A DNA stretch of 64,000 nt, taken from Polyangiaceae bacterium (GTDB taxonomy: Bacteria > Myxococcota_A > Polyangia > Polyangiales > Polyangiaceae). Location: contig JBNKBE010000005.1 in assembly GCA_050287085.1 (NCBI GenBank), forward strand, positions 228,740 to 292,739, given 5' to 3'. The position numbers and the translations under genes are program-made. The notes beneath the pieces were generated by a model. That model made no database searches and was not told the origin of the DNA. It saw only the letters and a program-made list of their open reading frames with translations. Below are positions 50,801 through 61,725 of this stretch, piece after piece (the first letter of the stretch is position 1; each line of letters opens with the position of its first letter).

Positions 50801-53800
50801 TCGGAGTTGCTCGTGATGACGATCGACTGCAAGACGGCGTCAGTCACCGTAATGAGTGACTGAGCGCTCTTGCTGCCCACCTGTGCAGTCACGGCCGCTC
50901 CCCCTGCTACGCGACTCTTGGCGAGACCCGTCGAGTCTACGCTGACCACTTCCTGGGCGTTGCTCGACCAGACGATGCCGCTATTGACCGGACGCCGAGT
51001 GCTATCGGTGTAGGTCGCGAAGACCTGCAGCTGGATGGCGTATCCGGCCGGCATCGAATACTCGGGCGGCTCCACCGTGATGAAGTCGATGACCGCCGCC
51101 CCGACCGTGACGCTCGCGCTCGCCTCCTTGCCTCCGTAGCCAGCCGTGAGCTGTGTGGTCCCCGCGCTCTTGCCGGTCACCACGCCTCCAGCCGAAACGG
51201 TCGCGACCGCGGTGCTCGCGCTGCGCCAGCTCACCCCCGAGTTCACAGAGAGGGTCTGCCCGTCGGAGTAGGTGGCTTGGACCTCGAGCGCGGCGGTAGT
51301 CCCCGCAGGCAAGGTGATTTCAGCTGGCAAGATGGCCAGATCGGTAAGCACCGCATCTTGAACCACCAGCTCCAGTTCAGCGGAGGCGGTTTGGAACTGA
51401 CCGCGAATGATGACCCTGCCCGGTGCCTTGCCCGTCACGACACCCGCAGCATCCACCGTCGCCACTTTGGTGTTTGCGGACGCATAAGAAGCCTTGACGT
51501 CTTCGCTTCGACCGTCCGTGTAGTGTGCCTTCGCGCTCAGCGTTACGCTGAGCCCAGCCGGCAAGTCCGAGCGCGGCGCCGACAGGGTCAGGCTGTCAAG
51601 CAGGGCGTCGCTGACCACGACGGCCACCGAGGCGGTCAACTCACCTTTCGTAGCGCGAACGGTGGTCTTCCCCGCGGCCTTGCCGGCGATGACGCCAGCC
51701 TTCACAGTGGCCACCGTCGTGTTATCACTGGTCCAACCGATCCCCTCGACTGGTCGCTGCACGCCATCGGAGTACTTGCCCTCGACCGATACGGTGCGCG
51801 TCAGCCCGGCGGGCGTCGTCACCGACTCATCAGACATGACCAGACCAATCAGCTCCGCGGCGGTGACCGTCACCACTGCCTGGGTACTCTTGCCCTCGAA
51901 GGCAGCGCTCACTCTTGCCTCGCCGGGCCCCACGCCTTGGACTAAGCCAGCCGCCACCTTGGCTGCGGCTGGCTTGTCGCTGCTCCACGCAGCCGACGCG
52001 ACTGGTACTGCGCGGGTAACGCCATCAGAATAGTTGGCACTCAACGCCAACTGATACTGATTGCCAGCTGCCAGGGATAACGTTTCCGGCGAGAGCGTCA
52101 ACGACTCCACCACTGGATTACCTGCCTCGACCACCGTGGAAGCCTCGAAGCCGTCGAATTGCACGACAACCGTGGCTTTCCCCACAGCTCTCGCCCGCAC
52201 CGCACCTTTCGAAACCGTAACCGCATCCCCCACAGCAACCGTCCAGATCGCGTCTGCTGTTACTTCGCGCTTGGTGCCATCGGTGTAGGTCGCACTCGCG
52301 ATCAAGTATTCCGTGCGGCCCAAAGGAATGGGCGCGTCGAGGGCGGATACCGTCACCTCCGTCACCACCTCATTGCTCACCGTCACGACGCCCTCGCTCT
52401 GCAACCCCGCAAATGAGGCTCGAACCGGCGCCTCTCCAACCGTGATCCCCGACACGACGCCGGAAGATGAGACCGAGGCGACAGCCGGCGCAAGAGTCGT
52501 CCACTCAGCCACATCGGTGACGTCCGCCGTAGAGCCGTCACTGTAGGTCGCCTCCGCCCGAAGCATAACGTCGAGCCCAAGCGGAATCGACGCCGCTTCC
52601 GGCGTAACAACCAGACTTGTTGCGACTGCGTTAGTAACCGTCACTGCGCCTTCGGCCTCCAACGCGTCGACGACCGCGCGCACGGCTCCTGAGCCCACCG
52701 CTTCGGCCCGAACGACCCCACCGGAAACCGACACGACCTCTTGGTCTAAGCTCAGCCACGCCACACCGTCGGTGAGCACCCGGGTGGCCCCATCAGAATA
52801 GGTGCCCAACACTTCGAATTGTCCGACCTCGCCAACCGGCAATTCGATGGCATCGGGACGGAGCGCCAGCTCCGTCAATACGGCGTCTGTGACTTCGACC
52901 GCGGCCACCGCCTCTTCGCCGGCAAAGGCTGCACGGATCTGGGCACTCCCCGGTGCCACAGCAAGCACCACGCCGTCGCTCCCTACTTGAGCCACTTGCG
53001 GCGCAGAACTCGTCCACACTACTTCGGCGCTCATGTCCAACGTCGCGCCGTCGCTGTAGGTAACGTATGCGATCAGAGGCTGCTCAGCTCCGGCCGGCAG
53101 TGTCGCCCCCTCTGGCTCGACGACCAAGGACGTAACCGTCGCCTCGCTAACATCAACTTGCGCAAACCCGACCACGCCGTCAAATGCAGCAGAGATCTCG
53201 GCCTGCCCCACGCTTACGCCCGTTACCCGCCCGAGAGCACCCACGGACGCGATTTCCACGGCGTTGCTCGCCCACGAAGCCCGCGTCGTAATCTCCTGCG
53301 ATGAGCCGTCAGCAAATACGCCCGTAGCAACCAGCTGACGCACCACCCCGCTGGGAAGGCTGACCTCGCCGGGGGTTATCCGAATGGAAATGAGCGGGGC
53401 ATCGACAATCGTCAGAGCTTCTGAAGCTTCGAGCGCCCCCAGCCGCGCTGCGATACTCGTGTTGCCGGGGGCGATGCCACGCATCCAACCGGAGTCATCT
53501 ACGCTGGCGACTTCCACGTCCGCGCTCCGCCACGACACGTCGAGCGTTACGTCAGCAGACGATCCGTCGGAGTAGCTCGCCGTGGCCGTGGCTCGCCGTT
53601 CCAGGCCAGCGGCCAGCGTTTGCGAGCCAATGTCGACACGCAGGCGCGTCGGCACCGCATCGGTTACCACGACCCGGACTGTCTTCTTCATTCCGCCAAA
53701 AGAGACCGCAATGTCCGCGGCGCCAGCTGCCAGCGCCGACAGGCGGCCGCCGGCCGCGACGGCCGCGACAGATGGATCGGAGGACTCCCACGTCGCGACC

Positions 53801-55788
53801 CCCGACACCACGACCGTAGCGCCGTCGGAATAGGAGGCCTGAGCCACCAGTTGTTGAGAGCCACCAGCCGCCATCGAGACCGACGGCGGCGATACATCTA
53901 ACGACGAGAGCGTAGCATTGGTGACCGTGAAAGCCGCCGAAGCGCTCTGACCACCAAACGCGGCCGACACCTCAGTCCCTCCGGTCTTCAACCCCACAAG
54001 GCTGCCTGGCGCGCTGACCGCGGCGACTGCCACGTCATCCACCGACCACAGCGCCCGTGCCGTAACGTCGCGCTCGGTGCCATCGCTGTAGCTTGCAGAA
54101 GCGCGAAGCGAAACCGGCACCCCGACCGGCGCGGTCACGGCTTCCGGACTTAGCCAGAAAGCCAAGAGCGCGGCATCGCTAACGACCACAGCCGCCTCGG
54201 CCATGCCATCTTCCCCATAGCGCGCGACAACCGATGCCCGTCCCGGGGCATTTCCGGTGACCAGGCCATTGTCCTCCACCAGCAAGATCTCAGGATCGCT
54301 CGACGACCAAACCACGGCCGCGGTGACATCCTCGGCAGCTCCGTCGCGAAACGTCCCAATCGCGCGCAGTTGAACCGTGTATCCGGCGGGGATCTCAGCC
54401 TCTTCAGGCTCCAAGCGCAGCGCGACGAGATCGTTGCGAATCGTTACGTTGATCTCGGGGTCCGACGTGGCAGGCGAACCATCCCCTACCGTGACCTCGA
54501 TCGTGACCACCTGATCGCCAAAGCGGGCGGTAATCGTGACGGTGCCATCTGCCACTGCTGTGAGCACGCCGCCACCGTCCACTGTCGCCACGCTCGGATC
54601 GCTGCTTTCCCACTCGATGTCATCGGCGTCGACCCCGTCGATCACGAGCTGCAGACGGTCCCCCTGGCTCACCTCGGTTTCTCCGCCCGCAAACTGAATC
54701 TCGGGCTGCTCCCCGGGTCCACCCGCTTCCGCCACCTGAGCATCCTGGACGCGAGCCCTGGCGTCCAGCCCCCCATCCGTGTAGCCGCCGTCGACAGTCG
54801 ATAGCGGAGCCTCTGGCGCAATGCGCACCGAGATACGCGTCCAAGGGCCGCAGACGGGGTGAACGCTGCGTTTAGCGTCGCAGCGGGTGGACACCGACAC
54901 CCCGCTTGCATCTCCGGAACGCAGCCGCTCGCACACGGCCGGTGGCAGCGCAACGCTCGCTAGCGCCCCAGCGTCCATGGCTTCCGGCCCCCAGCCGCTC
55001 TGCGGATCGTAGTCGAGCGGTACTAGGCAACGCTCTTCATCGCAATGACCGGTCCCCTCTTCGGGCGCTAGCTCCACGGCTACGTTCAATGAATCGGCCG
55101 TAACCCCATCAACGGCGATGTGGCAGTTCCGGTCGGGCGCAGCCGCTGAGGCCCCCTCGAAACATGCGGCCAAGTCAAAACACTCCGCACCTGCCCCCGC
55201 GTCGGCCGCGGCGCGGAGAGCCGCATAGGTCTCGTCCGTGAACGGCTTCAACGTTTCGACACTCACGTATGCGTTCTCACAACTGCCCGCGCGACATACC
55301 TGTTCCTGACCTCGCTGCTCTGGGCATAGGCTTTCCACCTGACCCTTTCGCACCCGCACCTGATCCAAGCACAACCATTGAATCGGCAGCTCGAGAAGCG
55401 GAGAACCCGTCTCTGGAAACGTCGTGACAGCCTTCGCAAAGCCACGCGCCTCGCCGTCCCGCAGAGCGACAACCGTTACCACCACCTCCGCTCCCACGGC
55501 CTCGCCACTCAGGATTTCAGCCACGAACGGCAGCCCCTGTTTTCCTTCCGGGAGTAGCTCCATCGTCTTGGAGAATCGCGACTCCCCTGCCACGGTCGCG
55601 TCAATCTGCAACGAATCGATGTCCTGCGGTATGCTCAGATCAGTCTGAACCGCTAGGTAGAGAGCCCCGGCGCGCTCAGGAGTGCCGGTGTTGGTGCACG
55701 CAACGCCCCACAATACGAGTACGACCCATCGCAGCGCTCCCAGCAAGTGGCGAACGTGCTGTCGCGCCACGCAGAACTTTGGTTCCAT
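47893..55788 (-). CDS. Giant surface lipoprotein with about 26 Ig-like (Big_2) repeats and a C-terminal myxobacterial Cys-rich repeat
   Basis: Lipobox GVAC; repeating A.YSDG...W.S....VA.V...G unit of about 86 aa; [27 protein letters not shown]. Confidence 0.93.
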   Translation of the reverse strand: [2631 protein letters not shown]

Positions 55789-56126
55789 GGCCTATTCGCA
55801 TACTGGGCGATGGCGACACGACGCAAGCCCCGCGTGCGGGCCCCCCCCTCAGTCGCAGCCAGATCACGGGCCCACTGTACGAGTGCACACCCATTGAGGA
55901 AGTTCAAACCCCAGGTGCGTCGTCGTCAGCAAGCTCAGAACTCCGCCAGGTCGTGAACTGTACTCAAACGGAGCAGCATCACCCACCTGACTCACACCGG
56001 TCGCCCTCAATCACTCCGCGTCCTTCCCCACCGAGCCGGCGCCAAGCGCCCGCTCAGCAAGGAGATCGGCCGGCGTAACAGGCCCTCCCAGGCGCGGGCC
56101 CTAGGTCCCGGCGCCCCCGCAATCTC

Positions 56127-56900
56127 TCAGCGCGTCGAGAAGCTCAGTGGGTACACGGCGGCCAACATCCCATCCCCCGGAGCGGGAAAGCGGATCTGGC
56201 TGAACTGGTCCAAGACACATTGCGTGAAGCTGCAATCGGGAAAGGTGTTCTCGGATAGACTCGCATAGCCAACGCGCCCGTCAGCAGTGATCGCAAACCC
56301 GATTTTCATGCGCCCCGCGAGCTCCGGATTGCGCGCCAATCCCTGCTGATAGCAAGGAATGAAGCGGTCGTGACTACTCTCGATCGTCGAACGAATCGCC
56401 CCGCGGCTCAGTCCTGCACGTGTGTCCGACGCGAACTGGCCGTCTTCGCTCAAGAGCGGCGGTGCTGGGTCGAGACACGAATTGGGGTCATCAGCATGTG
56501 GCTCATCGGTAGCGACCTCAAGCGCGAGTTCAGGAGCGGTGGCAGAGTCGTGCGACTCCTGAACGCGAACCTCGATGGGTCGCAGCTGCTTAGCCGTCTC
56601 CGTCCTCCGAATCGAAGAAGCAGGGGAACATGCCACGGCGGCCCCAAACAAGCAGAGCCCAGCAACGGCGGTTGCGTTCACCCTCAGAAAGGCACCGCAA
56701 CCGACATTCGCTCTTCCCAAAACACCCGAGCGCCCGTCTGTCCAGGGAGCACCTGTCCGGGGAGCACCTGTCCGGGGAGCACCTGTCCGGGGAGCACCTG
56801 TCCGGGGAGCACCTGTCCGGGGAGCAGTCGCGGACTCGACTGACAACCCGCCGAGACCGCGGGTCGCTACGCTGATGCGAACGGTATTACGTGCCCTCAT
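56127..56900 (-). CDS. AgmX/PglI C-terminal (TonB-C-like) domain protein
   Basis: CYQQGLARNPELAGRMKIGFAITADGRV, CVLDQFSQIRFPAP, VYPLSF; start uncertain. Confidence 0.8.
   Translation of the reverse strand: MRARNTVRISVATRGLGGLSVESATAPRTGAPRTGAPRTGAPRTGAPRTGAPWTDGRSGVLGRANVGCGAFLRVNATAVAGLCLFGAAVACSPASSIRRTETAKQLRPIEVRVQESHDSATAPELALEVATDEPHADDPNSCLDPAPPLLSEDGQFASDTRAGLSRGAIRSTIESSHDRFIPCYQQGLARNPELAGRMKIGFAITADGRVGYASLSENTFPDCSFTQCVLDQFSQIRFPAPGDGMLAAVYPLSFSTR
56738..56826. repeat. 15-bp tandem repeat (VNTR)
   Basis: CCTGTCCGGGGAGCA x5 perfect (56752-56826) plus one variant copy; encodes APRTG repeats on the minus strand. Confidence 0.95.
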
Positions 56901-57942
56901 TCGATTCTTCACTCTAGCAGCGTATTGAGAGCTAGCAGGCACGAGCAGCCCGGAAAAGTAATGTGAGACGCCTCATAGTCTTTTCCGAAACGGTATACCT
57001 CGCTGACTCTTCCAGTTGATACGTTTCGACCATCGGCTATCGTGAGACGGTGTGGGCCTGGGTGATGCACTATGTACACCCGCGCCCACCTATCGCACCA
57101 AGCAGCACCTCAGACGCTCCATCGAGGCTGGCTGTGATGACCCGCTCAGCTCTTCCTCCACCCTCCGCACTCCACCGCGCGCCGCCAAGGAAAACAGCCG
57201 CTTTCAGAGCACAACTGTCTGGTCCGCCAGCGAAGCAGCCAAATGACGGGGACGGGCGCGCAGACATCGAAGTGCGTGCGTAGAGGCGAATGTGGCAGTT
57301 TGCATCCCCCTCGCCACATACGAAGCCATCTAGGACGCCTGGTCGGAATATCATATTCGCCCTCAACACGAGCCCCGCCTTCTCGCAAAGAAGGTACCAG
57401 TGTCGTTCCGATTCACCGTCGCCATCACGTTGCTCGCCCTCGGGCTCCTACGCGTATTCTACATCGGAGCTATCCCTCATGTAGACGCCGAGAGGTTTGC
57501 GTTCGCAATAGATGCCGATCCGGGAGCCTCGCGCTGACTTCTTCACGGCTGGGCCGGTCTCCTACGCGCCCCACCCTTTGCGATCTGGTGCTACCTAGCC
57601 ATCGAATAAGGGATCGGGGGGCCGCCATCGCGCTCCTCTTGAGCGGAGTCACCGTTGTTGCGCTCTTCGTCGGCGACGCTACTACCAGCGCGTGGCGTTG
57701 GGTACGGCGGGTTGGTTCGGCTGCGGGTTGCTCTGCTTCGTACTCTACGCCCGACATCGCCAGCTGCACTCACCCGAAGAGCGGTTCGCCCGAAACGCGT
57801 TGGAACGAGAACGCGCGCTGATGGCAACGCCCGCTTGAGTGAAAGAGTCCACACATCCCAAGGCGACGCGCCCTAGACACGACGCGCCCCGAGTTCTTTC
57901 GGGGATAGGCTTCCCGCGCCGGAGAGAGTAGAAGCAGGCATC

Positions 57943-59061
57943 ATGTCGGAACACGATGTTGGACGGTCACCGGCTAGCCGCTACTGGTTGACAGCATTGC
58001 GCGGCGCAGCGGTGGTGGCACTCTTTGCGAGCGCCGCGCTCTTCGCTCACTACCTCGCGCCCGCGGAGAGTGGGTATTGCTCCGCCCGCTCAGGGTGCGA
58101 GGCAGTGCGTCAAAGCACTCTCGGCGCCTGGGGCAACACGTACTTCAACATGCCGGTACTGGGGCTGCTCGCTTACCTGAGCATCTTGGGACTCAGTCTT
58201 ATCCCCGACCGGCGAGATATCCTCATCATCGCAGCGGCGCTGGGCGGCTTCTGCGGCGTCGCACTGGTGCTCGTTCAGACGCTCCTCGTGGGCACGCTCT
58301 GCTGGCTCTGCGCCATCGTCGATGCTGCCGCCATCGGTGTGGCCTACGCAGCGCTCTCCTTGCGCCACGCCGGTCCTCAAGCCTCGGTACTGCGCGCTCG
58401 GACCTGGGCGTGCTTGAGCGCCATCGCGGTCGCCGCCCCGCTGCTTTGGCCCGCGGTGAAGAGCCAGGCGGAAGCGCCTCGAGCCATCACGGCCTTGTAC
58501 CAGCCTGGCGTGCTCAATGTGGTGGAGTTCGCCGACTTTCAGTGCCCTCACTGCAGGAGTCTTCACCCTCTGCTGACGCAACAACTCGATCAAACCTCCA
58601 ACGTCAAACTGCGTCGGGTCATCGTCCCCCTGCCCAATCACGAATTGGCAGAGGGAGCCGCGCGAGCCTTCCTTTGCGCTGAGCTTGCCGGCCAGGGCGA
58701 AGGCATGGCCCGCCTGCTGTTCGAAAAGCCGCTGGTGTTTCGCGTCTGGCATGAGCACGCAAAGGCCCTCGGACTCGAGCCCGCACAGTTCGAGAAATGC
58801 CTCGCCGCACGCGCGACGACGCAGCAGCTTTCGGACAACATCGACCTCTTCAATGCCGCTCGCCTGAGCGGACTGCCCACAACCTTCGTCGGACACCTCA
58901 AGTTCGTGGGGACGCCAAACGAAGAGCAGCTGTCAAAGGCATTCGTCAAAGCGCGGACCGGCGTCCCATGGTCGCTCCCTGGCTGGGCCTTCGCTAGCAT
59001 CTCGCTCGGCGCCCTGCTCGCCTGCATCTGGTGGGACAGGAGAACCCTAACGCGGAACTAG
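57943..59061 (+). CDS. VKOR-DsbA fusion (disulfide formation)
   Basis: VKOR loop Cys pair YCSARSGCEAVRQS and CWLC; thioredoxin EFADFQCPHC and GLPT cis-Pro loop. Confidence 0.9.
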   Translation: MSEHDVGRSPASRYWLTALRGAAVVALFASAALFAHYLAPAESGYCSARSGCEAVRQSTLGAWGNTYFNMPVLGLLAYLSILGLSLIPDRRDILIIAAALGGFCGVALVLVQTLLVGTLCWLCAIVDAAAIGVAYAALSLRHAGPQASVLRARTWACLSAIAVAAPLLWPAVKSQAEAPRAITALYQPGVLNVVEFADFQCPHCRSLHPLLTQQLDQTSNVKLRRVIVPLPNHELAEGAARAFLCAELAGQGEGMARLLFEKPLVFRVWHEHAKALGLEPAQFEKCLAARATTQQLSDNIDLFNAARLSGLPTTFVGHLKFVGTPNEEQLSKAFVKARTGVPWSLPGWAFASISLGALLACIWWDRRTLTRN

Positions 59062-59095
59062 CGGCGACCGGATCGCAGACTGCCCCCGGGTCCCC

Positions 59096-61363
59096 CTATC
59101 CGAGACGTCCTTGTCGCACCGCCTGCACCACCGTCCAGGTAGCAATGTTGGCGATTTCTGTCTCCGAAGCCCCCACCGGGATTACGTTGACCGGGCCACC
59201 CAACCCAACCACCAGTGGGCCTAGAGCTTCCGCATCGCTGAGCTTGACGAGCAGCTTGTAGGCGATATTTCCCGACGTCAGATCGGGGAATATGAGAACA
59301 TTGGCTCTTCCCGAAAGTGAAGAGAACGGGAAATCCTGGCTCGCTTTATTCGGGTCCAGCGCGGTGTCCGCCTGCATCTCGCCATCGATCTGCAACTCGG
59401 GCCAGCGCTTCTTCACAATAGCCATCGCCTCGCGAACAATGGCTACTTTGGGGTCCTGATAGTGCTCACCAAAGTCCGAGTACGACAACATGGCCACCCG
59501 CGGCGTCTCACCAAAGATTTCCGCCACGCGAGCGGTATTGAGTGCGATCTCCGCCAACTGCTCCGCCGTCGGATCAACGTTGACCGTGCAGTCGCCCATG
59601 AACAGGCGTCGATCTTTGAACAGCATTGCATATACGCCAGAGACAATATTGCGGGACTCACGCGTCCCCAAGACGCGCAAGCTCGGGCGAATAGTGTCCG
59701 CGTAGGGCCGGTTTACGCCCCCCACCATGCCATCGGCGAGACCCTGCCTAACCAGCATCGCACCATAGTGAGTTCGCTCGCGCAGCTTCGAGCGCGCCGC
59801 CGACAGCGTGATGCCTTTGCGCGCACGCAGCTGCCAGAACGCCTGGGCGAGTTCCTCCGAATTGTCGGCGTGACTGGGATCGATGATCTCCATTGCACTG
59901 AGGTTGATCCGGCTTCGGCTGGCCTCGGCCTCTACCGCCTCGCGGTCGCCGAGCAGAACGGGAGTACAGATCCCCTCGTCAACCAACAACTGAGCAGCCC
60001 GCAACACACCGGGATGTCCGCCGTCCGACAACACGATGCGCGCTCGCCGTACGGTGCGGCGCGCCACTTGAATGAGGGGCTGCATCAGGCCGCGAGCTCG
60101 CTCCACCGTTTGATGCAACTTCTCACGGTACTGAACGAGGTCTTCTATGGGCGAGCGCGCCATGCCGCTTTCCGCCGCAGCCTGAGCCACTGCGGGAGCT
60201 ACGTGCGTCAGCACGCGTGGGTCGAATGGCTTTGGAATGATGTATTCTGGACCGTACGCTAGGCGTCGCAGGTCGTAGGCGCTGAGGACCTTGTCGGGCA
60301 CGTCTTCGCGGGCAAGGGCCGCCAGCGCCCGGGTGGCCGCTAGCAGCATCTCGCGCGATATCTGTCGGGCACGCGCGTCCAAGGCCCCCCGAAAGATGAA
60401 GGGAAAGCCCAGTACATTGTTCACCTGATTCGGATAGTCAGAACGTCCCGTGGCGATGATAGCGTCCGAGCGAGCGGCACGCGCCTCTTCGTAGCTAATC
60501 TCGGGGGTGGGGTTGGCCATCGCGAATATCAGTGGCCGTGCGGCCATACCTGCGACCATCTCCCCGGTCACGGTGTTACCCACGCTCAGGCCGATGAATG
60601 CGTCGGCATCGAGCAGTGCCTCCTTCATGGACGCAATACCGCGACGAGTTGCAAATGCCTGCTTGCTCGGGGGAAGGCTCGCGCGCTCGACCGTGATCGC
60701 CCCTTTGGAATCAAACATTACGATGTTCTCGCGCGTAACCCCTAAGGCCACGTAGAGCTCAGCGCAGGAGATCGCCGCCGCGCCCGCCCCCGCGATCACC
60801 ATGCGCAGCTCAGATAGCTTCCGCTGAGTGATGTCGGTCGCGTTCAACAACGCCGCTGCCGATATCACCGCCGTGCCATGTTGGTCGTCGTGAAAGACCG
60901 GAATATCGAGCTCTTCTTTCAATCGCCGCTCGACCTCGAAGCACTCTGGAGCCTTGATATCTTCCAAATTGATGCCCCCGAAGGTGGGGGCAATAGCCTT
61001 CACGGCGGCCACAATTTCGTCGACGGTGCTCGCGTTGAGCTCGATGTCGAACACGTCGATATCTGCAAACTTCTTGAACAGATTCGCCTTGCCCTCCATG
61101 ACCGGCTTGCCCGCTTGAGGCCCTATGTCCCCAAGCCCAAGCACGGCGGTGCCGTTTGTCACCACCGCCACGAGATTGCCCTTCGCCGTGTACTTGAATA
61201 CGTCGTCAGGACAGTCCGCGATCGCTAGACACGCTTCCGCAACCCCCGGTGAATACGCTAAAGCCAGATCGCGCTGGGTCGCGAGCGGCTTCGTCGGAAT
61301 GACTTCGATTTTTCCGGCTCGTCCTTGGGTGTGGTAGGCAAGGGCACGACTCTTCAGCTCCAT
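59096..61363 (-). CDS. maeB: NADP-dependent malic enzyme with PTA domain
   Basis: [58 protein letters not shown]. Confidence 0.97.
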   Translation of the reverse strand: MELKSRALAYHTQGRAGKIEVIPTKPLATQRDLALAYSPGVAEACLAIADCPDDVFKYTAKGNLVAVVTNGTAVLGLGDIGPQAGKPVMEGKANLFKKFADIDVFDIELNASTVDEIVAAVKAIAPTFGGINLEDIKAPECFEVERRLKEELDIPVFHDDQHGTAVISAAALLNATDITQRKLSELRMVIAGAGAAAISCAELYVALGVTRENIVMFDSKGAITVERASLPPSKQAFATRRGIASMKEALLDADAFIGLSVGNTVTGEMVAGMAARPLIFAMANPTPEISYEEARAARSDAIIATGRSDYPNQVNNVLGFPFIFRGALDARARQISREMLLAATRALAALAREDVPDKVLSAYDLRRLAYGPEYIIPKPFDPRVLTHVAPAVAQAAAESGMARSPIEDLVQYREKLHQTVERARGLMQPLIQVARRTVRRARIVLSDGGHPGVLRAAQLLVDEGICTPVLLGDREAVEAEASRSRINLSAMEIIDPSHADNSEELAQAFWQLRARKGITLSAARSKLRERTHYGAMLVRQGLADGMVGGVNRPYADTIRPSLRVLGTRESRNIVSGVYAMLFKDRRLFMGDCTVNVDPTAEQLAEIALNTARVAEIFGETPRVAMLSYSDFGEHYQDPKVAIVREAMAIVKKRWPELQIDGEMQADTALDPNKASQDFPFSSLSGRANVLIFPDLTSGNIAYKLLVKLSDAEALGPLVVGLGGPVNVIPVGASETEIANIATWTVVQAVRQGRLG

Positions 61364-61725
61364 GGCGCGACGCTAGTTCACTGACTGCTCCGCCACAATC
61401 CAGAGGTGGTGTTGGGTCCGGAATTGTCTGCCAGTGTATCCGGCCGGGCAACAACATCGCCCGCTGACTGATCCCAGCCGTTCAGGACGTCTCTCTATGA
61501 GCGCGCCGAACGCTGTCCGGCCCCCCGCTGTTCTGCTCCCATCAAAACATCTCGGCCCTTGCCGGCACGATTGGCATGGCCGCGCTCAGGGATCGCCATA
61601 CGCGCCGTTCTTGAGACACGGACGGGCCTGCCCAACGCCGGCCTTGACGAAGTGCTCTAAGGGCCATCTCGGCGATGCCCTCGCGCCAGTCGGTGTGAAC
61701 GGTAGCCAGCAATAGGCATTCAAGA

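Noticed and set aside
56738..56826. CRISPR array
   Set aside because: Head-to-tail 15-mers with no spacers and no cas genes; no CRISPR array seen anywhere in the window
56950..57940. Gene or structured RNA in the 1-kb gap before VKOR-DsbA
   Set aside because: ORFs are Arg/Ser/Pro-rich without motifs, and no RNA family was recognisable
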